DNA of 41,184 bases, taken from sequence record NC_093713.1; one strand, given 5' to 3'. A program made the position numbers and the translations under genes. The DNA comes from a phage. Under the pieces are notes generated by a model. That model did no database searches. It had not been told where the DNA came from and saw only the letters and a program-made list of their open reading frames with translations. Shown piece after piece: positions 27,805 to 35,488 of this stretch (position 1 is its first letter; each line of letters opens with the position of its first letter).

Positions 27805-27833
27805 AATATAATAGGGTCTAAGGTAATAGTCAA
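27805..27833 (-). promoter_or_regulatory. sigma70-like promoter (TTGACT-N17-TATATT) for the small-gene operon
   Basis: Hexamers with 17 nt spacing just downstream of two terminators. Confidence 0.5.
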
Positions 27834-27855
27834 CTAGTCATTACAGAAAACAGAT

Positions 27856-27887
27856 AAAAAAAATCCCGGCTGGGGCAGGGCCGGGAT
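27856..27887 (-). terminator. rho-independent terminator
   Basis: ATCCCGGC...GCCGGGAT stem followed by T8 on the - strand. Confidence 0.7.
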
Positions 27888-27926
27888 AAAACTGGAGAGC
27901 AGAGGGATGGAACAGGAGGTGATTTA
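27860..27926 (-). ncRNA. candidate small RNA, ~60-70 nt, containing an anti-Shine-Dalgarno-like AUCACCUCCU
   Basis: TTGACA-N17-GATACT promoter (27955..27927) followed ~60 nt later by a T8 terminator; no ORF on either strand. Confidence 0.25.
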
Positions 27927-27960
27927 AGTATCGTCGGATTAGTCTCAGGTGTCAATTGGT

Positions 27961-27988
27961 AAAATAAAACCCGGATTCGCGGTCCGGG
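27961..27988 (-). terminator. rho-independent terminator after the lysis genes
   Basis: CCCGGA-CCGCGAA-TCCGGG followed by TTTTATTTT on the - strand. Confidence 0.65.
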
Positions 27989-28117
27989 TTTCGGTCATAA
28001 GCCCTGAACCCTACGCAGTCTCCACCGCTTGGGCTGCTGCTTCGGGTTTACCGGGGCTTAGTATGCAAGCACAAGCAGCGTAGGGATAAGTTTACTAAAC
28101 GCCTTCGTATTCGTCCA

Positions 28118-28603
28118 TCATTTAACAGCCCTCCCAATAGCCTCAGCCTCTTGCCACGGTTTACCGTCGAACAGCGCCAGACGCCCGGCTGTACGGCGAC
28201 GCAGGCCAAGTAGTGGTTTGCCGTTCTGGTTGATGAACAGCGCCAGCTTAGCCCGCAGTGTTGCAGTATCACCAGAACGCAGTGCCTTGCCTGCGCCCGT
28301 AGTAGACGCAATCACGCCAGCACCTGCGTTATAGACCAGGTCGCACACTGCATCAAACTGCGCCTGTGTCAGGGAGTGGTGTGCTGCTGCGTCAACCGCA
28401 GCTACAGCCTTAGCCATATCACGATTCAGTAACAGGAGGCCTTGCCCTGGCGTGATGGTCTTACCTGGTGTTACGTCTGGCCCGTAGTGACCATAACCAA
28501 TAGTCAGGTACTTCTCGTTCGGCGTAGCGCGATACGCAGTTCCGCGGAATCCCTCGAACGCGGCACAGAAATGCAATCCATTATCTGAAATATTTCGAGA
28601 CAT
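28118..28603 (-). CDS. endolysin, phage lysozyme (glycoside hydrolase family 24-like)
   Basis: 161 aa; N-terminal FEGFRGTAYRATPNEKYLTIGYGH consistent with the T4 lysozyme catalytic E/D/T region. Confidence 0.75.
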   Translation of the reverse strand: MSRNISDNGLHFCAAFEGFRGTAYRATPNEKYLTIGYGHYGPDVTPGKTITPGQGLLLLNRDMAKAVAAVDAAAHHSLTQAQFDAVCDLVYNAGAGVIASTTGAGKALRSGDTATLRAKLALFINQNGKPLLGLRRRTAGRLALFDGKPWQEAEAIGRAVK

Positions 28604-28853
28604 GCTTATGTCCTCCGTATGACAGCCACGCCTGGCGAATCTGGCGCAGCGCGACTAATGTGATTAATGTCTCAGGCAGCGTAGGCGACATGCTGCCCTG
28701 TAACAGGTGAATACATCCGGCGGCACAGACGATAGCAGTCAGGATATAGAGAACACGCCCGAACAGCCCGTCGTCCACGCGTTCATTATACACGTTGAAC
28801 AGGGACGAAGCGCCCATTGAAAGCATTGTGACAAACCAGAATAGCTCAGTCAT
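28581..28853 (-). CDS. membrane protein between holin and endolysin (holin/antiholin-like)
   Basis: ATG at 28853 preceded by AGGAGG; two hydrophobic segments; the track ORF extends upstream in frame. Confidence 0.45.
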   Translation of the reverse strand: MTELFWFVTMLSMGASSLFNVYNERVDDGLFGRVLYILTAIVCAAGCIHLLQGSMSPTLPETLITLVALRQIRQAWLSYGGHKHVSKYFR

Positions 28854-29154
28854 GCGGTCCTCCTGGGCGGGCAATATCGCCGCCCGATACGATGCCAGAA
28901 AGGCGGGAATAGATAGGCATCCAGAGAATGGCAATGATGAATCCGAGGCCAGCTATCTCGCGCTCACCGGTAATACCAAACCATTGAGCCGCAAGAGGTG
29001 CGCCAAATACGGCGCAAGTGAAGCCAGTTGCAATAAAGCAGAAGCCGTCAATAGGGCCAGAAATAACGGACTTATGTTGCCTTAGTCCGATTACCCCACC
29101 AGCTAGTGCGGCGGCGAGAAGCCACCCCGTCACTGTTTCAGTAAATTTATCCAA
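28846..29154 (-). CDS. holin (putative), TTG start
   Basis: 102 aa with hydrophobic segments, directly upstream of the endolysin; only in-frame start is TTG with SD GGAGGA 6 nt upstream. Confidence 0.55.
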   Translation of the reverse strand: MDKFTETVTGWLLAAALAGGVIGLRQHKSVISGPIDGFCFIATGFTCAVFGAPLAAQWFGITGEREIAGLGFIIAILWMPIYSRLSGIVSGGDIARPGGPHD

Positions 29155-29160
29155 GATGAA

Positions 29161-29198
29161 TCCTCCAGGTGCGTATTAAGTATGCAGTAACTGGAGGA
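29161..29198 (-). promoter_or_regulatory. hairpin sequestering the holin Shine-Dalgarno sequence
   Basis: 8 bp stem TCCTCCAG / CTGGAGGA with a 22 nt loop; the 3' arm is the SD of the TTG-initiated holin. Confidence 0.45.
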
Positions 29199-29229
29199 TA
29201 CCACGGGTAGGAATTATCCTAATAGTTGT

Positions 29230-29523
29230 TTATTTATGTCTCCAGATGTATTGGCGTCTCTGCGGTTTCGTCGGAATATCATCGTATCCCAACGATTTCC
29301 AGTAATTAAATAGCCGATTAGCGATTGCTGCGCGTTCCTGTGTTTTAAACTCACCGAGATTCACAGCCTTCCCGTTCTGGAATCCACAGGCGCGGACCGC
29401 TTTGCGTCTGGCCTGAATCTCGGGGTACAGTGCATTACGGCGGCGCTTGTGTATACGCGTATTCGCTCTCGGCGACAGCGGCGCAAGGCCGCTTCGTTTC
29501 AGGATGTCAGTTGCTAACGACAT
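29230..29523 (-). CDS. basic protein (97 aa), hypothetical
   Basis: ORF track; TAATG overlap with the upstream gene. Confidence 0.4.
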   Translation of the reverse strand: MSLATDILKRSGLAPLSPRANTRIHKRRRNALYPEIQARRKAVRACGFQNGKAVNLGEFKTQERAAIANRLFNYWKSLGYDDIPTKPQRRQYIWRHK

Positions 29524-29744
29524 TATTTCTCCTGTTTACCAAGTCGCTTAGGTGAGCAGATAGCGCGTACCTCCGAATCGTTGGGCTTGTCGCCCTGAAA
29601 CAGGAAGTGCGCGTTCTCTGCGGCGCGTGCCGCTGACTGGCACGCCTCCATCGAGTAAAACGTTTCTGATGCCGCCAGATGCATCTGACCCGTGGACAGC
29701 ACCCAGATAAATAAGATGCTGGTCATCAGAAGTATTCCCCACAC
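29523..29744 (-). CDS. small protein with N-terminal hydrophobic segment (secreted or membrane)
   Basis: ORF track; MTSILFIWVLSTG hydrophobic N-terminus, two Cys. Confidence 0.35.
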   Translation of the reverse strand: MWGILLMTSILFIWVLSTGQMHLAASETFYSMEACQSAARAAENAHFLFQGDKPNDSEVRAICSPKRLGKQEK

Positions 29745-30274
29745 GTTTTACATACTTTCGTACCGAACGGCGCGGAGCCATCTGTTATTACATAATAGAA
29801 ACTGTGTTTGCACTCCTGTGTACAGGCTGTTGCCCCATACTCAAGTCCGTCCCACTCACGCTTGCCGCATTCGCAGCAAAACAGGCTACCGGGCACGTTG
29901 TCCTTGTTGCCTTCGGCAATAAACAATCCTGGAGCGATAATCCAATTGTGGTCACATTCCTGCGTATCTTCTTTTCGGCAACCAGATTGCTCCGAACCGT
30001 ACGCACCTTTGCGGATAAGTTTGTATGCCTCCACGTCACCAGTAGCCTCGGCCAATGCCAGACGCAACTCCTTAACTTGCCCTGTCAGGTGCGATATGTG
30101 CTCAGATTTCTTAATGTTGTCTTCCCGCAACTCCTTAATCTGCACCTCATGCGCCAGGTCTTCGCTCACCCCGTTATAGACGCCGTTGTAGTCCCCGTCG
30201 CAGATGAACGGGTAGAGCATATCTTCGTACTCGTCCTGCAACTCACCTAAAGTTACTTCGCTATAATCTTTCAT
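29726..30274 (-). CDS. Cys-rich protein (182 aa), possible zinc-binding
   Basis: Several CxxC / C-x-C pairs in the C-terminal half; directly downstream of the conserved-element promoter. Confidence 0.45.
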   Translation of the reverse strand: MKDYSEVTLGELQDEYEDMLYPFICDGDYNGVYNGVSEDLAHEVQIKELREDNIKKSEHISHLTGQVKELRLALAEATGDVEAYKLIRKGAYGSEQSGCRKEDTQECDHNWIIAPGLFIAEGNKDNVPGSLFCCECGKREWDGLEYGATACTQECKHSFYYVITDGSAPFGTKVCKTCGEYF

Positions 30275-30305
30275 ATTCTGTCTCCCCTCTCGTTTGTGTA
30301 AATGA

Positions 30306-30334
30306 ATAGTAGCCTATTCTATCTTAGTGTGCAA
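30306..30334 (-). promoter_or_regulatory. sigma70-like promoter (TTGCAC-N17-TACTAT) with conserved palindromic element
   Basis: Element TGAATAGTAGCCTATTCTAT at 30303..30322. Confidence 0.5.
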
Positions 30335-30341
30335 GTAAATT

Positions 30342-30515
30342 TTATTGGTGTGTTATAGAGTCGATGAACGCCAGTAACTCCCTTTCCGCTTCTGCTTCTC
30401 TTTCTTCAAGCGACCAGGTAGCGGATTCATCTGTTGCCGTTGCTAAATCGGTTTTTACGTCAATCATCGTGTCGATTAACGTTATTAGTCGTTCAGCCTG
30501 TTCTTTAGTAATCAT
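30342..30515 (-). CDS. small acidic protein (57 aa), hypothetical
   Basis: Hand-translated MITKEQAERLITLIDTMIDVK...; SD AGGAGA; preferred over the + strand track ORF 30364..30576. Confidence 0.4.
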   Translation of the reverse strand: MITKEQAERLITLIDTMIDVKTDLATATDESATWSLEEREAEAERELLAFIDSITHQ

Positions 30516-30649
30516 TGTTGCATCTCCTGCAATAGTCGCTTCGATTGTTGCGTTTGATGAAAGTGTCGCCTTTTGACGACACTAAGTTAAAGTTGTACGC
30601 TGCTACACAGCAGCGTAAGTCACTCAATAAAATCCCAAACTATTGAACA

Positions 30650-30844
30650 TCACACTTCTGGCGGCTCGGGTAACGGCATCCAGTGTGTTGGTTCACATAC
30701 CCCCTCAACACCATTCATGTAAAAGAATTGAAATAGCCCTTTACCTTTGTGAAACCCCACCATCTGCTCTTTTGTATCTGAACAATAAACCAAAACATCT
30801 TCTTCGTTTGGCATCCGCTCACTACACTTAATCCACTCACCCAT
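30650..30844 (-). CDS. small protein (64 aa), hypothetical
   Basis: ORF track; MGEWIKCSERMPNEEDVLVYC... Confidence 0.45.
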   Translation of the reverse strand: MGEWIKCSERMPNEEDVLVYCSDTKEQMVGFHKGKGLFQFFYMNGVEGVCEPTHWMPLPEPPEV

Positions 30845-30847
30845 AAA

Positions 30848-30991
30848 TCACCCCTTATTCATCACAGATTGCACGCCAGCTTTCCACGCCCGCCACGCAA
30901 GACGGGTCTTAACGTTCAGGTACTCTTTCTTTGAACCCTTGTTAACCGGCAGACCCTCGACCACAGCCCACCGTTCAAATGCTTCTCTCAT
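30848..30991 (-). CDS. small protein (47 aa), hypothetical
   Basis: Hand-translated MREAFERWAVVEGLPVNKGSKKEYLNVKTRLAWRAWKAGVQSVMNKG; SD GAGGT; ATGA overlap with upstream gene. Confidence 0.4.
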   Translation of the reverse strand: MREAFERWAVVEGLPVNKGSKKEYLNVKTRLAWRAWKAGVQSVMNKG

Positions 30992-31080
30992 ACCAGAACC
31001 TCACATTCATCCTCGTCTTTGGTAACTATTACGTGTTGCCGGCTGCGCTTTGTTTTCACCAACTGACCATTCTTAAACAT
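30988..31080 (-). CDS. small protein (30 aa), hypothetical
   Basis: Hand-translated MFKNGQLVKTKRSRQHVIVTKDEDECEVLV; SD GGAGTGAGGG; first ORF after the promoter. Confidence 0.3.
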   Translation of the reverse strand: MFKNGQLVKTKRSRQHVIVTKDEDECEVLV

Positions 31081-31114
31081 AACCCTCACTCCTCTGTCTC
31101 GTTTTGATAAGTGA

Positions 31115-31143
31115 ATAGTATCCTATTATGTTGGGGTGTGCAA
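31115..31143 (-). promoter_or_regulatory. sigma70-like leftward early promoter (TTGCAC-N17-TACTAT) with conserved palindromic element
   Basis: Near-identical to the 12369..12397 promoter; element TGAATAGTATCCTATTATG at 31112..31130. Confidence 0.55.
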
Positions 31144-31516
31144 GAGATTAGTTACGTTGCCGTTGTGATTCTTCAGGTAGGGTTGTGCCTTTATTCTTAT
31201 TACTTGGTAACTAAAGGGCAGGCCCTAAGCCTGCCCAATAATCGTTACATTTTTACGGTTGCGAATCTACGGCACTTTAAGAAAATCAGATACTTAAGAT
31301 ATATTCCGCCGATGGGAATAGAGCTTGCCCAGGGCAACCGGAGATACTTAGGAAGGAAAGTTACGATAATTCGAATGTTCAGTAAACTGCCGCCTAACAC
31401 TTCGCGTTGGGCGCTCGTTTTCGGCGGGTTTTACAAGGTGAACAAGAATCAAAGTAACTAAGATACAGAAGCACCTTAAACGAAGATTTCCATAATGTCA
31501 ATAGGTGCGATTATGT

Positions 31517-31545
31517 TTGATTTCCCATTATTCGCAATGTATACT
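31517..31545 (+). promoter_or_regulatory. sigma70-like rightward promoter (TTGATT-N17-TATACT)
   Basis: Hexamers ~30 nt upstream of the HTH regulator gene. Confidence 0.5.
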
Positions 31546-31577
31546 TGGTTTCGTTAACTGATAATGGGGGTTTGAGA

Positions 31578-31748
31578 ATGACACAGAATGAAGTAGCCGA
31601 GCGTATTGGGGTTACCCGTCGCACGCTGAATAACTGGTTAAAGAGTGGGAAGTTCCCGGATTGTTGTATCCGTATTATGGGCCGCCGGCAGCCGGGTACT
31701 TTCGACCCGGAGAAAGTGGAAGCGTGGATTAAGGAGAATGTAAAATGA
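31578..31748 (+). CDS. small HTH DNA-binding regulator (AlpA / excisionase-like)
   Basis: 56 aa from the ATG preceded by GGGGGT; VAERIGVTRRTLNNWLKSGKFP HTH; the track ORF begins at an upstream TTG. Confidence 0.55.
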   Translation: MTQNEVAERIGVTRRTLNNWLKSGKFPDCCIRIMGRRQPGTFDPEKVEAWIKENVK

Positions 31749-31978
31749 CCGAGTTCCAGTCCCGCGTATTTACGGCAGTCGTTTCATTAACCCGTAAAAA
31801 AGGGTCGTGCAGCGTTATGGACTTGCGCCGTAGTTATTTTAGGTACTATAGTTCCGCCATTATTGAAGGGTCGTTGAAGGTACTGGTTAAATCTGGTGTC
31901 GTGAAAAATGTTGGCGGGAAATATAGTGCTGTTGCCGAAGTTCGCGGAATGACCGCTACTTTAGAAGACCTGGAATAA
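31745..31978 (+). CDS. hypothetical protein (77 aa)
   Basis: ORF track; ATGA overlap with upstream gene. Confidence 0.45.
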   Translation: MTEFQSRVFTAVVSLTRKKGSCSVMDLRRSYFRYYSSAIIEGSLKVLVKSGVVKNVGGKYSAVAEVRGMTATLEDLE

Positions 31979-32036
31979 AAGAAAGCCCCGACGCGGTGAA
32001 CGCCGAGGCTAAATTACTTGCTGAAGGAAATATAAC

Positions 32037-34295
32037 ATGTCCGATGTAATTTTATCCTACTCGTGGTCTCGTCGCAACGCGCGGGCCGAGAAAAAGGATA
32101 TAAACGTCAGAACCACACACACGGCAACGCTGGACGACCTGAAAGATTTAATCCAGCCGCTTGATGCTGTCCGTGACGGAATTAACCCGAAGACCGCACC
32201 TGGTTACATCACCGCTGCGTGCGACTCTACGCACAGCACCGTAAAAGACCCGGAAACAGGTGACTTTAAGCAAGCGCGTAAAGGCTTTTTCTATCGCTGC
32301 GACGCGTCTGTAAGCAAATCGTCGCTGGCGTACCTGGACTTTGACAGTGCAACCCTGGAAGAGTATCAGGAAGCTGTGCGCCTGGTTAAGCGCAGCCGGC
32401 GGGCGATGTGCCTCTATACCACGGCATCACACACAGACGAAGCCCCGCGCTTTCGCGTCGTCATGCCGCTGGCCCGAACGGTTGAGGGCGGTGACATCAT
32501 TCGTGTTCGTCATGGATTGCTGGAGCACTTCTTCAAAGGCATGGGCGCCGACCGCAGCGGGTTCACTCTTTCGCAGCCGATGTACTTGCCTCCTGTCGGC
32601 GCTACCGTTATCTGGTCGCGCCGCAACGACCTGATTGACCCTGATGAGTTACTGGAAGGCGTCCCAGCCGTTGACATCAGCAGCGCATCTGATTACCAGA
32701 TACCGGAAGAACTGCGCACCGCGTTTACAGATGCGTTTGAAGCACTGGCATTCGAGTACGGCGGCATCATGACGCCGCGTGGCCTTAAGATGCCAGCTAC
32801 GCCAGAACACGCAGAAAACTACAGCGACCCGACACCACGCCCGGACGATTTCCTGTTATGTTTCCCGCGCGAGGGATACGAAGCGCCGAACGTAACCATG
32901 ATTCACGACACCGACATTGCCGCGACCGAAGGAATGCCCCCGAAAGAAGTGTGGAAATACGCGTGTGATGCGACCGGGCTGCCGTTCAGTGAAGTCGCCG
33001 AGGCTATCGGATGGGGTGCGCGTGAATCTGTTTCATGCAGCCTCGACGACCTGGAAGACGATGATGACTCAGAAGAGGACGAGCTACCGGAACCGGTAAA
33101 GGCTGATTTCGTCGTTGAGGGGTACATGCCGTCAGATTGTATCTGGGATATTGTTGGGGAATCCGGCACGTACAAATCGTTCTATACGCTGGGGATGATG
33201 TACCTGAGCGCCGCCGGATACCGGTTTGCCGGGGCGGATACCCAGCGTTGCCACCATTTCTATATCGACGGTGAGGGAGGCGCAGCTACACGCACACGTA
33301 TTGACGCGCTCGCGGCTAAATACGGCGAGGAAGGTAAAGATTACGTACATGTCATTGATATGGGTGAGGTGCTCGCCGCGCATGGTGATAAAAAAATCCC
33401 CGCGCTAATCCGCAGGATGCGTGAAGCTGCAGGGGACGAGCCTATTGGTATGGTCGCGTTCGATACCCTCAACCAGACGCTGGCCCTGACAATTGACAAG
33501 TTCGACGAGAACAGTTCATCAACTGCAATTGGCATGGGTAAAGTTATCGCCATCCTTAAAAAAGTACGCGACGCAACTAAAGCCGCTGTGGGTGTCGTCC
33601 ACCATACGCCTAAGGGTGGAAAGAAAGCCCGTGGTAGCGGGGCGCTGTATGCCGGTGTTGATGTGGAGCTGACAATTGAGCGCGCTACCGACCGCCAGAT
33701 AAACGTATACCACTCGAAATTTAAGCATGGGCCTCAACAGAAAACGGTTGGCATGGTTCTGGAGTCGGTACAGTTCCGTGAAGCCCCGCCTCCGAAAGAA
33801 TACCGTGCGGTTGAGTTCCTCGGTAGCACAGAGGAATACGGCACAATCGTAAACCTCGATCTGCCTGAGCCGCACAAGGCGCTTGTGCTGATGCCGTGGG
33901 GCTTCGAGCCGTTCAAAACTGACGAGGAGAAGGAGCGGGAAGAAGGGTTAACTAAAGAAGGTAAAGAAAACGTAAAGAATGCTGTAAAACGCGGGAAGGA
34001 TGAAGGGCGTAAGGAATCAATACTCGCCGCGCTGGAAGACCTGCAACAGTCCGACGACACCGGACGAGGTTTTACCCAACGGCAGATAGTGGCGAACTCG
34101 GGGGACCACGCCATCACCAACCACCATCTTGAGAAGATGCTGAAAGACGGTGAGTTGATGCTCGGGTGCGATGTTAACGGTGAAGTTATACCAGGCACAT
34201 ACCGGATACCTGAAAAGATGGGGGACAGATTAAGACCGAAGACGATATACGAACCGAATGAACTGTTAACAGTGACAGAGGAGGATTTAGAATAG
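32037..34295 (+). CDS. primase / replicative ATPase (PrimPol-like N-terminus with RecA-like AAA_25-type C-terminal domain)
   Basis: 752 aa; Walker A-like GESGTYKS; Walker B-like VAFDTLNQ; SD AAGGAAAT. Confidence 0.6.
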   Translation: MSDVILSYSWSRRNARAEKKDINVRTTHTATLDDLKDLIQPLDAVRDGINPKTAPGYITAACDSTHSTVKDPETGDFKQARKGFFYRCDASVSKSSLAYLDFDSATLEEYQEAVRLVKRSRRAMCLYTTASHTDEAPRFRVVMPLARTVEGGDIIRVRHGLLEHFFKGMGADRSGFTLSQPMYLPPVGATVIWSRRNDLIDPDELLEGVPAVDISSASDYQIPEELRTAFTDAFEALAFEYGGIMTPRGLKMPATPEHAENYSDPTPRPDDFLLCFPREGYEAPNVTMIHDTDIAATEGMPPKEVWKYACDATGLPFSEVAEAIGWGARESVSCSLDDLEDDDDSEEDELPEPVKADFVVEGYMPSDCIWDIVGESGTYKSFYTLGMMYLSAAGYRFAGADTQRCHHFYIDGEGGAATRTRIDALAAKYGEEGKDYVHVIDMGEVLAAHGDKKIPALIRRMREAAGDEPIGMVAFDTLNQTLALTIDKFDENSSSTAIGMGKVIAILKKVRDATKAAVGVVHHTPKGGKKARGSGALYAGVDVELTIERATDRQINVYHSKFKHGPQQKTVGMVLESVQFREAPPPKEYRAVEFLGSTEEYGTIVNLDLPEPHKALVLMPWGFEPFKTDEEKEREEGLTKEGKENVKNAVKRGKDEGRKESILAALEDLQQSDDTGRGFTQRQIVANSGDHAITNHHLEKMLKDGELMLGCDVNGEVIPGTYRIPEKMGDRLRPKTIYEPNELLTVTEEDLE

Positions 34296-34304
34296 GCAAA
34301 AAGA

Positions 34305-34323
34305 AAGGGGCGTTAAGCCCCTT
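34305..34323. terminator. bidirectional terminator hairpin between primase and repressor genes
   Basis: AAGGGGC-GTTAA-GCCCCTT. Confidence 0.5.
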
Positions 34324-34528
34324 CACCGAACGCCAGCCACTTGGCATCTACTTGCAGCACTTCCGCCAGTTTAAACAGCGTCGCTGGGCGGACGTCCTTA
34401 GTTACACCGAGTGCCAGCTGGTTAATCGCGCCCTGGGAAACACCGGCCAGGACAGCCAGACGGCGTTGGGAAATGCCGAGTTCTTTACGGCGCTGTTCTA
34501 CACGGATGCCTAGTTCAGATGGTTGCAT
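34313..34528 (-). CDS. XRE-family HTH transcriptional repressor (Cro/CI-type)
   Basis: 71 aa; QRRLAVLAGVSQGAINQLALG HTH; SD AAGGAG; transcribed divergently from the operator-containing rightward promoter. Confidence 0.75.
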   Translation of the reverse strand: MQPSELGIRVEQRRKELGISQRRLAVLAGVSQGAINQLALGVTKDVRPATLFKLAEVLQVDAKWLAFGEGA

Positions 34529-34555
34529 GTCAATTACTCCTTAGTCAGTTGATAT

Positions 34556-34622
34556 GTGAATAGTACCATATTAATTATTTTAGAAAAGCCCATTGACAAC
34601 GTGAATAGTTCGCTATTATAGT
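34556..34622. promoter_or_regulatory. divergent promoter region with two copies of the conserved palindromic element
   Basis: Rightward TTGACA-N18-TATAGT overlapping GTGAATAGTTCGCTATTATAGTT; second, degenerate copy TGTGAATAGTACCATATTAAT toward the repressor gene, whose own -35 is poor. Confidence 0.55.
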
Positions 34623-34653
34623 TAACACATACCAAACGAGAGGAGAGAAACAA

Positions 34654-35172
34654 ATGTTAGAGAAATTCTTGGTATTACTGGAACGTTTCGTAGTCGCCCA
34701 CGAACTGATTGCTGCAAACAGTGTGAAACAACCGACTAGCAAATCTGTAGGTGAATTGACTGTTGACGTCGCGGTAACTGGGGTAGAGACAGTTAAAAAA
34801 GAACTGGCTAAAGCACTTGAAGAAGTCGAGAAGGCGAAAGAAATCCCGGTTGAAGGTGAAGACATCGTCGACACTAAACCAGCAGAAGAAGAGAAGCCGA
34901 AACGCAAGCCGCGTAAATCTAAAGTAGAGGAACCGACGCCAGAACCGGAAGAGAAGGAAGAAGTAGATTACCAGTCTCTGCGTGACCAGATTCAGGCTAT
35001 CGACGATGCAATTAACGAAGGTCCGAGCGACGCCGCGTGCGATGATTCCGATGAACTGCTGGAAGAGTTCACCGGTAAGAAGATGAAGATTGCCGCGATT
35101 AAAGACGAAGACCTTGCCGAATACCTGGAACGCCTGACGGCAATCAAGAACAAGTATTTCGAAGAAGAATAA
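34654..35172 (+). CDS. acidic protein (172 aa), hypothetical
   Basis: SD AGGAGAG; Glu/Asp-rich with a strongly acidic C-terminus; first gene after the operator-controlled promoter. Confidence 0.55.
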   Translation: MLEKFLVLLERFVVAHELIAANSVKQPTSKSVGELTVDVAVTGVETVKKELAKALEEVEKAKEIPVEGEDIVDTKPAEEEKPKRKPRKSKVEEPTPEPEEKEEVDYQSLRDQIQAIDDAINEGPSDAACDDSDELLEEFTGKKMKIAAIKDEDLAEYLERLTAIKNKYFEEE

Positions 35173-35215
35173 TTATCCCGCGGCCTTCGGGCCGCTTTAA
35201 CTGAGGGTCGGGATT

Positions 35216-35488
35216 ATGATTTACCAACTATACCGCGCCGTTGACCGGCGGGATAACACAGAGGCGCTATGGTTATTGCGTGCGCCGTCCGGTGCACACC
35301 AGATGGGAGATATGGCGTACTTAGGCAAAGTGCCACGGCCTAAAGACATAGGCCGCCACGTGTCACATATTAAGCGCACGACTTTCGCCAAACCGGACTT
35401 TTACGTCTTCGAGTCGATGTATGGCTGGGCTATGCACTGCGACCATAAGACACGACATTTAATTGACCAGTGGGAGAGCAGGGTATGA
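35216..35488 (+). CDS. hypothetical protein (90 aa)
   Basis: ORF track; SD GAGGGT. Confidence 0.45.
   Translation: MIYQLYRAVDRRDNTEALWLLRAPSGAHQMGDMAYLGKVPRPKDIGRHVSHIKRTTFAKPDFYVFESMYGWAMHCDHKTRHLIDQWESRV

Noticed and set aside
27911-27925. Perfect Shine-Dalgarno AGGAGGTGA on the + strand as evidence of a + strand gene
   Set aside because: No start codon opens an ORF of useful length downstream; the sequence is better read as the complement of an anti-SD-like motif on the - strand.
30364-30576. 70 aa ORF on the + strand
   Set aside because: Ser/Ala/Val low-complexity translation; the - strand carries a 57 aa ORF with a strong AGGAGA ribosome-binding site at the same place.
31111-31461. 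116 aa ORF on the + strand in the divergent early intergenic region
   Set aside because: No ribosome-binding site, unusual composition, and it overlaps a - strand promoter element; the region is more likely regulatory.
32903-34198. Several 60-154 aa ORFs on the - strand inside the primase gene
   Set aside because: All lie antisense within a long, motif-supported + strand gene and are Ser/Arg-rich.
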